Assembly: GCA_044450345.1 (NCBI GenBank)
Contig: JBIOIY010000007.1
Span: forward strand, 1-64,000
DNA length: 64,000 nt
Direction of reading: 5' to 3'
Source: Thermodesulfovibrionales bacterium
GTDB taxonomy: Bacteria > Nitrospirota > Thermodesulfovibrionia > Thermodesulfovibrionales > UBA6898
Shown: positions 8,686 through 17,928 of the stretch, in pieces
Layout: every line of letters begins with the position of its first letter
Position numbering within the stretch: the first letter of the stretch is position 1
Made by a program: the position numbers and the translations under genes
Notes under the pieces: generated by a model
Seen by the model: the letters and a program-made list of their open reading frames with translations, nothing else
Told to the model about the DNA's origin: nothing
Databases searched by the model: none

Positions 8686-9387
8686 ATGAAAAAGACTATT
8701 TTAGTATTGATGTTAACCTGTTTGCTTGCTTTCGCAGGCAGTGCAGGAGCGGCTATGGGCGGAGGCATGATGGGAGGTATAACGACTACAGCGATGATGG
8801 GCGGAGGCATGAACATGACAAATACGGGTGGGTTCGGCATGATGAACGGTATGGCAGGATCGCCTGTCGTGGGCGATGATGGTACTGCATACCTTGTGTC
8901 GTACAATCCGACGGTTTCTCCAGGTTCCATTCCCACAAGCAATTCCTTCCAGTCAACTGTGTCAGCCATTACGCCATCGGGGCAGATAAATACAATAACC
9001 CTCAAAGGAATAGTCTCAAGACCGGTAGTCTCTGGTAATGTGCTTGTGGCAACAGCATCTTTACCCGATCCAAGCAACTATAACGTTGTAGGCTCTCTCG
9101 GAACAGGCTCGACGGGACAGTCTGTTCTTTATGCGATAACAGTGCCCATAACGCCTTCCACCGTGCCGATAGCTGTCACTATGGATGGTGAATTTGCATC
9201 GGTTCCAGTTATGACAACCGACAAGGTCTATGTAACCACTACGGACTTCGGCATTGCCATGATGCAGGGCAACACCACCTTCGGCGGCATGTATGGAAAC
9301 TTCAATTTCAACACAGGAACTGCCAAGTCGTATCTCTACATCGTAAACTTCGACGGAAGCCTTGCAGCAAAGATTCCGCTTCAGTAA
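8686..9387 (+). CDS. Exported Met/Gly-rich protein with PQQ-like beta repeats
   Basis: Signal peptide shared with 10690 and 7484 genes; MGGGMMGG runs; SPVVGDDGTAY, RPVVSGNVL, SVPVMTTDKVYV repeats. Confidence 0.75.
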   Translation: MKKTILVLMLTCLLAFAGSAGAAMGGGMMGGITTTAMMGGGMNMTNTGGFGMMNGMAGSPVVGDDGTAYLVSYNPTVSPGSIPTSNSFQSTVSAITPSGQINTITLKGIVSRPVVSGNVLVATASLPDPSNYNVVGSLGTGSTGQSVLYAITVPITPSTVPIAVTMDGEFASVPVMTTDKVYVTTTDFGIAMMQGNTTFGGMYGNFNFNTGTAKSYLYIVNFDGSLAAKIPLQ

Positions 9388-9398
9388 GAAAAATCTTC

Positions 9399-9427
9399 AA
9401 GCGCCCTGCTAATCAGTGGGGCGCTTT
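9399..9427 (+). terminator. Intrinsic terminator
   Basis: AAGCGCCC...GGGCGCTTT just after the stop at 9387. Confidence 0.6.
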
Positions 9428-9589
9428 CATTATGCTCACACAAAATTTCCATCTTCTCGGTGATCCTTCAACATTAGGGAAAATTTTCGCTTCTGCGCAA
9501 GTAAGGGCCTGACTTTTCCTTTCTATATAATGCCGTTATGCAATTCAGCCCTAAGACATAAGATCAAATTAAGAAGATTTAATGGGAAG

Positions 9590-9604
9590 TTCACATTTTC
9601 TTCA
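9590..9604 (+). promoter_or_regulatory. TTCA-N7-TTCA direct-repeat box
   Basis: TTCACATTTTCTTCA upstream of 9674. Confidence 0.6.
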
Positions 9605-9673
9605 TTTCGAAACTATATCGTAGATATCAACATGCTCCAAGTTTAAAGGGAGAACAATAAGAAAGTGAATCAA

Positions 9674-10030
9674 ATGAAAAAAGGTCTAATCGTTATCTTG
9701 GGAACAGTGTTTATCCTTGGCTTCATGTCCGTCTCTTTTGCAGGGATGGGCAGAGGGGGCTCTGGTGCAGGCGGCTTTGGCGGTGGATTCTCCGGCAGTG
9801 GTTACGAAGGAGGCCAGATGGGAGCGGCTTCCGGTAGTATTGGTAGCTACAGTGGCGCAGGGAATATTGCTGCGACCAGCCACAGGGGTACAGGCAGTAA
9901 CACTACGGGAAACCATAGAGGCACAGGCAACGGAACTTCAGGCAATCGCAGAAGCGGTAGAGCTGGTGCCAATGGTACTCATAAGGGAACAGGTAACGGA
10001 ACAACTTCGATCAACAGGGTCGGCAGGTAA
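9674..10030 (+). CDS. Exported Gly/Ser/Thr-rich low-complexity protein with H[RK]GTG repeats (possibly frameshifted, alternative end 10115)
   Basis: Signal peptide; HRGTG, HRGTG, HKGTG repeats; a same-composition tail continues in another frame to 10115. Confidence 0.65.
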   Translation: MKKGLIVILGTVFILGFMSVSFAGMGRGGSGAGGFGGGFSGSGYEGGQMGAASGSIGSYSGAGNIAATSHRGTGSNTTGNHRGTGNGTSGNRRSGRAGANGTHKGTGNGTTSINRVGR

Positions 10031-10127
10031 AAGCGGTACTTCTTCTGGGGCAATATCAGATAACAATCAAGAGGTTTTTGATATTCTCCCTCCAGCTCAA
10101 ATTATTTTGCCATAAAAGGATGGTGCT

Positions 10128-10622
10128 ATGAAAAACGGAAAATTAGTATTCTTGGTCGTAGGAGCCTTTCTTCTGGTCCTGACAGGTCTTACAGCCAAGA
10201 GCAGCGCGGGCGTTAATCTAAACATCGGAATAGACATTCCCCTTCCGGCGTTAGCGATACCTGTTCCCCCTTCCGTGGTAGTGATACCGGGCAGCTACGT
10301 GTACTACGCGCCCGACACTAACGCTGACCTCCTATTCTATCACGGCTACTGGTATCGTCCTTACGAGGGAGGTTGGTACAGAGCCCATTCCTACAACGGA
10401 CGGTGGACTCGTCTCGCTTCCTCAAGAGTTCCCCGGGCGCTGATTGATCTGCCTCCGGGCTATCGCGGTATGTCGCGTGGTCGTGGAAAGATAGCGTACG
10501 GACAATTGACGAGTAACTGGGGAAGATGGGAGAAAGAAAGATACTGGGACAACCACAGGGAAGAGCAGGAAGATAGGGCAATGGGCCATATGGCTCACAT
10601 GGGCAGAGGTAGAAGCGACTGA
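10128..10622 (+). CDS. Exported Pro/Tyr/Trp-rich hypothetical protein with His/Met tail
   Basis: Signal peptide, GVNLNIGIDIPLP, FYHGYWYRPYEGGWY, C-terminal MGHMAHMG. Confidence 0.7.
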   Translation: MKNGKLVFLVVGAFLLVLTGLTAKSSAGVNLNIGIDIPLPALAIPVPPSVVVIPGSYVYYAPDTNADLLFYHGYWYRPYEGGWYRAHSYNGRWTRLASSRVPRALIDLPPGYRGMSRGRGKIAYGQLTSNWGRWEKERYWDNHREEQEDRAMGHMAHMGRGRSD

Positions 10623-10689
10623 TAAGCAGCGAAATCGGCTTGCGCGTTTCAATTTCAAATAAACGAAGTTTTAAAAAAAGGAGAATCAA

Positions 10690-11286
10690 ATGAAAAGGAC
10701 TATTTTAGTATTGATGTTAAGCTGTGTGCTTGCTTTCGCAGGCAATGCTTGGGCGATGGGGATGGGCACTGGCGGCTCCGGAACTACGACCGGCGGCACT
10801 GGAATGACAAACGGCGGTACCGGAACAACGACTGGCAGTGCGGGAACGATGGGAACTTATATGCAGATGCCAACGACCCGGCAGATGTTTGAGTATGGCC
10901 CGACAACTTCTCCGGTAATGGGGACAGACATTTCCACCGCGATGCCTATAGGTGTTGGGTCAGTCGCCATGGGCGGTAATATGATCACTGTCCATGCAGC
11001 GATCGGTCAATTTTCAAATCCTATGGATATGTATCTCACAGTCTATGCGCCCGCAGTTAACCCTTTTGATATCTACCTGATGCATCCGGACGGTTCTTTA
11101 CATCCCGTGTCTGCGGGTGTCGAGCCCTGGATGACGGGCGTTACTTCTATAGACCAGACCCCCATCACTAATATGTCTACCGCAGGACTCGATAAGGGGA
11201 CATATACGGTTGGTCTTATGGCAACACCGACAGGTGGGAATATGTCGACCTACTATATGTGGACAACACATTTTGTAGTTCAATAA
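10690..11286 (+). CDS. Exported Met/Gly/Thr-rich protein, paralog of 7484-8047
   Basis: See paralog; SD AGGAG. Confidence 0.8.
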   Translation: MKRTILVLMLSCVLAFAGNAWAMGMGTGGSGTTTGGTGMTNGGTGTTTGSAGTMGTYMQMPTTRQMFEYGPTTSPVMGTDISTAMPIGVGSVAMGGNMITVHAAIGQFSNPMDMYLTVYAPAVNPFDIYLMHPDGSLHPVSAGVEPWMTGVTSIDQTPITNMSTAGLDKGTYTVGLMATPTGGNMSTYYMWTTHFVVQ

Positions 11287-11315
11287 ACTTAGCTCACAAA
11301 ATTCGAACAATAATG

Positions 11316-11345
11316 GCACGGAGAACCATTTCCCGTGCCCTTTTC
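11316..11345 (+). terminator. Intrinsic terminator
   Basis: GGCACGG...CCGTGCC followed by a T run. Confidence 0.65.
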
Positions 11346-11463
11346 ATTTCCTCGCGTCCTTAAACGAGGTATTCAGGTCTTCAGCGTACTGATCTTCATT
11401 ATGGCTCTTCATGTAACTATAACTTGACGACCCCTCATTAAAATGCCTAAAGGCCATATTTTA

Positions 11464-11478
11464 TTCATATTTCCTTCA
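11464..11478 (+). promoter_or_regulatory. TTCA-N7-TTCA direct-repeat box
   Basis: TTCATATTTCCTTCA upstream of the 11523 operon. Confidence 0.6.
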
Positions 11479-11522
11479 AGATAGCATGCTACCGTAAGTT
11501 TACGGAGGTTATAAAACAAAAG

Positions 11523-11924
11523 ATGAAACGATACAGTTTGAGATGGCTGGTAGTTGTATTAGCGGTTCTTGCCGCGTCCGCCATAGTGGAAGGTACTCAG
11601 CAATATGCCTCAGCTCAAAAGGAGGTCTCCCTCCGGCTGGGTGAAACAAGGTTCACCCTTGATCCGAACATGTTTAGCGACGCGAGGGTGAGGCGGGCAT
11701 ACCAGGTCGCAAAGGAAATCCCCCAGGTACTGGACAGTATCTATTGCTTCTGTCAATGCGAGGAATCGTTCAAACACAAAAGTCTGCTGAGTTGTTACGT
11801 CGACAACCACGCCTCTTCCTGAGATATATGTCTTGGGGAAGCCATTCGAGCTTCCGAGTTGTACAAGAAAGGCTATTCAATAAAGAAAATCAAGGAAACG
11901 GTCGAAAGAGAATATAAACGCTAA
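11523..11924 (+). CDS. PCYCGC/CYCxC-family exported protein with in-frame UGA (probable selenocysteine), 133 aa
   Basis: IYCFCQC...HKSLLSCY..NHASS-TGA(11820-11822)-DICLGEAIRASELYKKGYSIKKIKETVEREYKR*; the read-through tail completes the family HxxxCxxC motif and C-terminal helices. Confidence 0.75.
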
Positions 11925-11954
11925 CGTTACCAATAATTCGGGGAAGGAGAAGAA

Positions 11955-12344
11955 ATGAAAAAGATCACTATAGTTTCGATGGTCCTGCTTCTTATAGCAG
12001 GTATTGCCTATGCTAAGAGCTATGAGGTAACAAAAAAGATTGGCGAGTACACAGTAGTTGCGACGATCGACAAGAACCCGCCCGTGGTCGGCGACAATAA
12101 CATCACAATCGAAGTCAAGGACGCAGCCGGCAAAGCCGTCACAGACGCAAAGGTGAAGGTCGAATATTCAATGCCCGCGATGCCCGGAATGCCGGCAATG
12201 GATTACAAGACTGATGCGGCATTGAAAGGGAACGCTTATCAGGCCAAAATGAACCTTTCTATGGCTGGTGGATGGAATGTGGCCGTAAAGACGATGCGAA
12301 GCGGAAAGGCTGCTACGATAAAGTTCAGCGTAGACGCTCACTAA
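11955..12344 (+). CDS. FixH/YtkA-like periplasmic protein
   Basis: NPPVVGDN, VTDAKVKVEYSMPAMPGMPAM, MAGGWNV motifs. Confidence 0.8.
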   Translation: MKKITIVSMVLLLIAGIAYAKSYEVTKKIGEYTVVATIDKNPPVVGDNNITIEVKDAAGKAVTDAKVKVEYSMPAMPGMPAMDYKTDAALKGNAYQAKMNLSMAGGWNVAVKTMRSGKAATIKFSVDAH

Positions 12345-12345
12345 G

Positions 12346-12942
12346 ATGAGACGAAGGGTTAGCATACCTCGAAGTAAATGGCCGTCGCTTGTTAGTGCTT
12401 TCGCAGTCATCACTTCTGTGCTTCTAATCAGCTCGTTGGGTTATGCCCACGACCTCGTCTGGCCTGGTGAGAAGCTGAGGGCCCTTTTTCCTAAGGCGGA
12501 ATCTTTCGAACAAAAGAACCTCTATGTTTCGGACGAACAAAAGGCCGTCATCGAAAAAGCTCTCGGCGGACGGTTGCCCGCAGAGGACCTTAGGCCTTCA
12601 ATATATTTTGCCGCCGTTAAAGACCGTCCTGAAGCGTCCCCCAAAAAAGCTGCTGCCATAATCTTTATCGACGCTCTGGGTGAGGGCGGAAAGATCGAGA
12701 TGGGCGTTGTGGTCAGCGGCAAGGGCGACATAATGAAGGTGCGGATATTTGAAAATAAGGAATCTCCGAAACTTCTGGACCAATCGTTCCTGAAGCAGTT
12801 CGAGGGCAAGAAGGCATCCGAATCCTTTAAAGTTGGGACCGATATAACCGCTCCCGCTGCAATGGTGAAATCAGCTCAGGCCGTCGCCTCTGGCGCAAGG
12901 AGAGGACTTCTCATAATCAACGAGATGTTCAGGAAGAAATGA
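12346..12942 (+). CDS. FMN-binding-domain-like periplasmic protein (RnfG/NosR type)
   Basis: G.GGKIEMGVVV...G.I..VRI...KE, FLKQFEGK, GTDI; the canonical SGAT motif is not visible. Confidence 0.6.
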   Translation: MRRRVSIPRSKWPSLVSAFAVITSVLLISSLGYAHDLVWPGEKLRALFPKAESFEQKNLYVSDEQKAVIEKALGGRLPAEDLRPSIYFAAVKDRPEASPKKAAAIIFIDALGEGGKIEMGVVVSGKGDIMKVRIFENKESPKLLDQSFLKQFEGKKASESFKVGTDITAPAAMVKSAQAVASGARRGLLIINEMFRKK

Positions 12943-14975
12943 AGAAGATATTTCTGATTCTCACGGTATTTCTCCTTGTAGGGGCCAGGGGGAATTATGC
13001 TTTAGGTATGGAAGGTCATGATCACGCTGCTGCGATCTCCTTCAGAATAGACGGTGCTAATGTAACTTTCAGACTCGACCCCGAAACATATCAAAAGGAA
13101 ACAATTCCCAAAGCAGTCGCATCCTTGACTGACCCTATGTCGGGATCACCCATATATGACGCCGAACTCTATATAAAGCTCGAAAAAGACTTAACCATGA
13201 ATCACACCATGCAGCAAATGAGTTCACCATCCGGAAAGGGGAATGAAAGCAGAGGCCTCGATTTCGGTGAGACGATGGATATGTCGTCCATGACATCCAT
13301 GGTAGACCTTTCCAGTTTCAAAAAGCTTCAACCTGAGCAGATGGCCGGGACGTTTTCGGCCGCGTATCCTCTTCAGGACAAAGGAGACTATACATTCACA
13401 CTCGCCGTAAAGTCCCTTCAGGGGAAGACCTTTGCAGACCCCTTGGTTTACGGCGGCAGGATCTCCTATCAGGAAAAATCCAGGGCTCCTCTCTACAGGA
13501 TGCTCTTTGTAATAGTCGTTATTTTATTGAGCGGACTTCTTGGGGCTGTGATCCTTTATCAAAGGAAGGCTCTCAAGCTTGATCCCGGCCAAAAGTTAAA
13601 TTTGCTCGACATTCCGTGGCTCCGTAGTTTCTTCAAGTCAGCATGGTTCCAGCCGGTATTCCAGATCCCCGTACTCTTAATATTTCTGATCATAATCGCC
13701 GCAGGGTTGTTCGACATACAGCAGGGGGACAGGAATATCGCAACATTGCTGATGTGGACCATATGGTGGGCAGCTATTATATTTACCTTCGTTTTAGTCG
13801 GAAGGATATGGTGCATGATGTGCCCGTTTGGTGCTATACAGGATTGGATTGGGCGACTGATAAGCATGAACAAGGATTTCCCAAAACCCATGAGAAACGT
13901 ATATCTATCGAGCTTCATCTTTTTCGGTCTTACCTGGTGGGACAGCTACAGCGGTATCGTGAACAAGCCGGCTCTTACGGCATATCTCCTGGTCGGTTTC
14001 TTTGTGGTCGCCATAGGGATGGCGGTTGTTTTTAAAGGGAGGGCGTTTTGCAGGTATGTCTGCCCTATCGGGGGGCTCATAGGGATATATGCCATGTTCA
14101 GTCCTATTGAACTCAGGCACAAGTGTCTCGATGTTTGCCGAGGGCATAAGATAAAGGAGTGTATTAAAGGGACCGAAACAAGTCATGGCTGCCCGATGCT
14201 TGTAACGCCCATGACACTTGATAGGAACAACTATTGCAATTTCTGCAGCGAGTGCATTAAATCGTGTTCGCAGGACAATATCGTCATACGGACGAGGAGC
14301 TTTGCAAAAGACCTATGGGTATCTTCAAAGGGATATCTGGACGAGGCGCTCCTTGCAATCGTGCTGGTAGGCATTACGTTAATCGTTACAGGGGTTATGG
14401 TTGAGCCATGGCATGGGTGGATGGACATTGTCGGAAAGATTTTACCCTTCGACACGCTCGGAATAGTTTCACATACCGCAAGGGAAAAGGCGACTTTCCT
14501 GATTGTCTTTACTGTTGGGTCTCTTATAATCGCACCGCTCCTTCTTTTAATTAGCAGTCTGGCGGTCAGGAAGGTTACAGGGCCGGAATCTCCGCTTTCT
14601 CTGAAACGTACATTCGTTCAGTTTGCATATATGTTCATACCGGTGGGGCTGTCCATGCACCTTGCCCATAACATGAACCACCTTTTCAAGGAAGGTCCTG
14701 AAATTGTCCCTGCCGTGGAGAGGTTAATGAATTTTGGCAGCCCGGATTGGTCGGTTATGCCGCTTATGGGACAGGAATCTATATTCTGGCTCCAGATGGG
14801 AATTTTTCTTGTGATGAACATCTTTTCCCTTTACGCGGGGTACAGGATAGCAGTGAAATACTATGGGGACAAGGCCCTGAGGGCGTTCATACCCATGGCG
14901 TGTCTTGCGGTTCTTTTTATGGTCATTAACGCATATATCCTCGGGCAGCCGATGTCGATGAGGCATCACCATTGA
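12939..14975 (+). CDS. Membrane 4Fe-4S binding (polyferredoxin, NosR/FixG-like) protein with Met/His-rich periplasmic N-terminus
   Basis: GRIWCMMCPFG, FCRYVCPIG, CLDVC...EC, GCP, CNFCSECIKSC; many TM helices; C-terminal MSMRHHH. Confidence 0.8.
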   Translation: MKKIFLILTVFLLVGARGNYALGMEGHDHAAAISFRIDGANVTFRLDPETYQKETIPKAVASLTDPMSGSPIYDAELYIKLEKDLTMNHTMQQMSSPSGKGNESRGLDFGETMDMSSMTSMVDLSSFKKLQPEQMAGTFSAAYPLQDKGDYTFTLAVKSLQGKTFADPLVYGGRISYQEKSRAPLYRMLFVIVVILLSGLLGAVILYQRKALKLDPGQKLNLLDIPWLRSFFKSAWFQPVFQIPVLLIFLIIIAAGLFDIQQGDRNIATLLMWTIWWAAIIFTFVLVGRIWCMMCPFGAIQDWIGRLISMNKDFPKPMRNVYLSSFIFFGLTWWDSYSGIVNKPALTAYLLVGFFVVAIGMAVVFKGRAFCRYVCPIGGLIGIYAMFSPIELRHKCLDVCRGHKIKECIKGTETSHGCPMLVTPMTLDRNNYCNFCSECIKSCSQDNIVIRTRSFAKDLWVSSKGYLDEALLAIVLVGITLIVTGVMVEPWHGWMDIVGKILPFDTLGIVSHTAREKATFLIVFTVGSLIIAPLLLLISSLAVRKVTGPESPLSLKRTFVQFAYMFIPVGLSMHLAHNMNHLFKEGPEIVPAVERLMNFGSPDWSVMPLMGQESIFWLQMGIFLVMNIFSLYAGYRIAVKYYGDKALRAFIPMACLAVLFMVINAYILGQPMSMRHHH

Positions 14976-14985
14976 GAGGGGAGAA

Positions 14986-15825
14986 ATGATTGCACGAGTC
15001 TTTGCCGGCATAATCTTCATCGTCCTTGGGGTTGCAGCGACAGCTGGGGCGGACCTCGATCTTGACAAAGAGGTACTCGTCATCCCTGATACTCATAACG
15101 AGAAACCCTATATATGGAATGTTGTGAGAAACCCCCGTGGGTATGAGCTTGTAATGGAATATGGCGGCCCGGCCACAGGACTAAATGATCAGTTTTCGTT
15201 TGAGGTGAAAAGGGAATCATCCGCTAAAATGGATGATATGCAAGTCTTCATCACTGACGAAGACCTTCATACCTTTGCCCACGTCAGGCCTGTAATTAGC
15301 GGTGCCGGCAAGTATTCATTCAATTTCGCTGCGCCCGATGCTGGCAAATATCGTTTCGAGATGGTCTTCAGGACAGATGCGAGTTGGGTAAATCTTCGGC
15401 AGGACATAAGGTTGAAAAAAGCCGCAGGTAAGGTGGAACCCGCTTTGAAGCCCGGTGATGAGGACTACGATGTTAAGGTAAAGCTTTATCCCAAGAAGAT
15501 CTATGCGGATCACGTCGGTACCTTTCTTTACGAGATAAGCTACAAGGGTAAGCCTCTAAAGGATATCGAAAAGATAGACGGCTCCGACATGCAGGTTGCT
15601 GCGTGGGATGAGGACCTTAAAGAATTTATTCATATGACGCCCAAGCAGAACCTCGGTGGTCCCGATGTTGCCGTCAGCGTCGTGTTTACGAGGCCGGGCA
15701 AACATGCTGTCTTTGCGGAGTTTAGACATAATGGTATAACGAGGAGGGTCGATTTCGTCGTCAATGTCTACAGGGAGCCGAGCCAGGACAAAGGATCTCT
15801 TCCCTATCTCGGACCCTCGGAGTGA
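14986..15825 (+). CDS. Exported protein with two YtkA-like heavy-metal-associated domains
   Basis: Repeated DEDL..F.H..P and F..PG[K]Y/H..F.EF motifs. Confidence 0.65.
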   Translation: MIARVFAGIIFIVLGVAATAGADLDLDKEVLVIPDTHNEKPYIWNVVRNPRGYELVMEYGGPATGLNDQFSFEVKRESSAKMDDMQVFITDEDLHTFAHVRPVISGAGKYSFNFAAPDAGKYRFEMVFRTDASWVNLRQDIRLKKAAGKVEPALKPGDEDYDVKVKLYPKKIYADHVGTFLYEISYKGKPLKDIEKIDGSDMQVAAWDEDLKEFIHMTPKQNLGGPDVAVSVVFTRPGKHAVFAEFRHNGITRRVDFVVNVYREPSQDKGSLPYLGPSE

Positions 15826-15925
15826 ACGGGCGGTGTTGTTGATGTGGGCAGTAGGTAGTGATAAAGTTTTATTATCTCACGAAGGCTTAGACACAGCGCT
15901 CTGATTTACCAAGGAGGTGGTCGGT

Positions 15926-16174
15926 ATGCACTGGGGCGATTACGGTTGGGGTATGGGAAATGGCTGGGGGATGGGGTTCGGATGGCTACTTATGATTATT
16001 TTCTGGCTGTTGATAATATTTGGGGTCGTTTATCTCATCAAATTGATTGCTGGAGGAGGCAAGAAAGAACAGCTTGAGGAGGCGCCCCTCGATATCCTGA
16101 AGAAACGCTACGCAAAGGGAGAAATATCAAGGGAAGAGTTTGAGAAGATAAGAGAGGATCTCACCAAGAGTTGA
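15926..16174 (+). CDS. SHOCT domain membrane protein
   Basis: GWGMG N-terminus, one TM, PLDILKKRYAKGEISREEFEK. Confidence 0.85.
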   Translation: MHWGDYGWGMGNGWGMGFGWLLMIIFWLLIIFGVVYLIKLIAGGGKKEQLEEAPLDILKKRYAKGEISREEFEKIREDLTKS

Positions 16175-16380
16175 GGGTAGTCAGAAAGGCATTCCAACAA
16201 TAATGAGAGACGTTCTCGATGTAGCAGAAAACGGCTTAACCTTTTAGAAATGGGCTACGCAAAGCAAATACATGCGGTAAAGGGTGGCTTATAATAAGAA
16301 GGGTAAGCCGCACCTTTGTCAGTGGTTCGACTGATGCGCATTGGGCCGGGAAAGACTACCCGGTCGCCGAGGGGTGAGAC

Positions 16381-17916
16381 ATGAAATTTGGAATCCTTGC
16401 AATCCTTCCTTTATTTATTCCTTCCACTGCATGGGCTTTTGTGCCGCACTCCTACGCAGAGACCTACATCCATCAGATGGGGCATATATACTTCATCTTC
16501 TCATGCATATTCATTATATGGGTAATCAGGCATCATAATTTACAGGATAAAAGGGGCTGGCGATATATATTCCTCTCCGAAATATTTTTCATTCTTTGGA
16601 ATATGGACGCTTTTGTCGGCCATCTAACAGAATTCTGGATCAAGCCTTCACAGATAACCGGTGGGAGTGCGGGCTGGGATTACTTCTTCAGACATGTTTC
16701 ATTACAGGGCTGGGAATCCCTTTATTATGTGACGAGATACGATCATTTTTTGTGTATCCCCGCGATGTTCTTTTTTGTTCTGGGACTAAGAGAGCTTTTG
16801 GCGGAAGAGGAAAAAAGCCCGGTTGCCGCTGTCCTCTTGCCTTTGTTTCCCATCATGTTGGCCGACATGGCAGGCGGCCTTGTCATGATCGTTTTATCAC
16901 TGATGTGCCTTTATACCGCCGTAAAACTTTACAACACAAATAGAGAAAACACCCTCTGGAACTATCTGTTGTGGCTTTCGTTGGCACATTTTGTCTTTTC
17001 CTTTTCGCGGTCAGCTGGTCATATCCTCCAGCGTGTTCTCATACCAACCGGTTACGGACACATTTGGAGGTATCTGGAGCCATATAGTGGAAGTCTGAAT
17101 ACCTTCACCTTTATCGTGATAGGCTCTGTGAGCCTGTTTTTCTTCAGGACGTATGAGACCTATCTGAAGATATCGGATGACAACAGAAAAATAGAGGGCA
17201 TCAATGCGGATCTGACGGAACTTAACCAGGAGCTTGAGACGATGGTTGCAGAAAGGACGATGAGCCTCATGGCGTTGACTGTGGCCGACAGGGTAAGAAA
17301 CCCTGCCGCAGTGATTGGTTGGACGTGCAAAAAGATCCTTGAAAAGGAAGGGGACCCCGAGATAATTAAGGAAGGACTGAAAGATGTGCTCGATGAATCG
17401 AAAAAGCTGGAGTCCATAGTCAGAGACTTTGAGACGCTGTTGAAGAGCAAGCAGTCCATGTTCAGGTATGAGGATATAAATGAGATTGTAAGAGGGATTG
17501 TCCCTATTGTGGAAAAAGAGACCGAAGAGAGGGGCATAAGGTTCGATATTAATCTCTCTAACGATCCCCTGAAGATAAATACTCAAAAGAATTTGCTGAG
17601 GGCGGCAATTTTCCATCTTGTCAGAAATTCCATTGAGGCGACACCCCAGGGCGGCAGAGTAGCAGTTACAACCGCCGGAGACGGCGACAAGGTCATCCTG
17701 ACGGTTTCAGATACGGGTTCGGGCGTTCCAGAGGAGGACATCGATAAAATATTTGACCCATTTTACAGCACCAAGCGTCTCAGGTTCGGAATGGGGCTGC
17801 CATTGGTGAAACAGATAATATCGGAGCATCTTGGGGAGATAATAATTGAAACTGCCCCCGGAAAGGGCACGACGTTCAAGATACTGTTTCCGGTCAGATG
17901 GCTCGGGAAGAAGTGA
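16381..17916 (+). CDS. Multi-TM sensor histidine kinase-like protein lacking the phospho-acceptor His
   Basis: HATPase boxes (LVRNSIEA, DTGSG, IFDPFYSTK, GMGL, GKGTTF); H-box reads VADRVRNP. Confidence 0.8.
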   Translation: MKFGILAILPLFIPSTAWAFVPHSYAETYIHQMGHIYFIFSCIFIIWVIRHHNLQDKRGWRYIFLSEIFFILWNMDAFVGHLTEFWIKPSQITGGSAGWDYFFRHVSLQGWESLYYVTRYDHFLCIPAMFFFVLGLRELLAEEEKSPVAAVLLPLFPIMLADMAGGLVMIVLSLMCLYTAVKLYNTNRENTLWNYLLWLSLAHFVFSFSRSAGHILQRVLIPTGYGHIWRYLEPYSGSLNTFTFIVIGSVSLFFFRTYETYLKISDDNRKIEGINADLTELNQELETMVAERTMSLMALTVADRVRNPAAVIGWTCKKILEKEGDPEIIKEGLKDVLDESKKLESIVRDFETLLKSKQSMFRYEDINEIVRGIVPIVEKETEERGIRFDINLSNDPLKINTQKNLLRAAIFHLVRNSIEATPQGGRVAVTTAGDGDKVILTVSDTGSGVPEEDIDKIFDPFYSTKRLRFGMGLPLVKQIISEHLGEIIIETAPGKGTTFKILFPVRWLGKK

Positions 17917-17928
17917 CATCCATTTACT

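Noticed and set aside
16241..16294. LLEMGYAKQIHAVKGGL, rhodanese-like C-terminal fragment
   Set aside because: Too short, with no supportable start or active-site loop.
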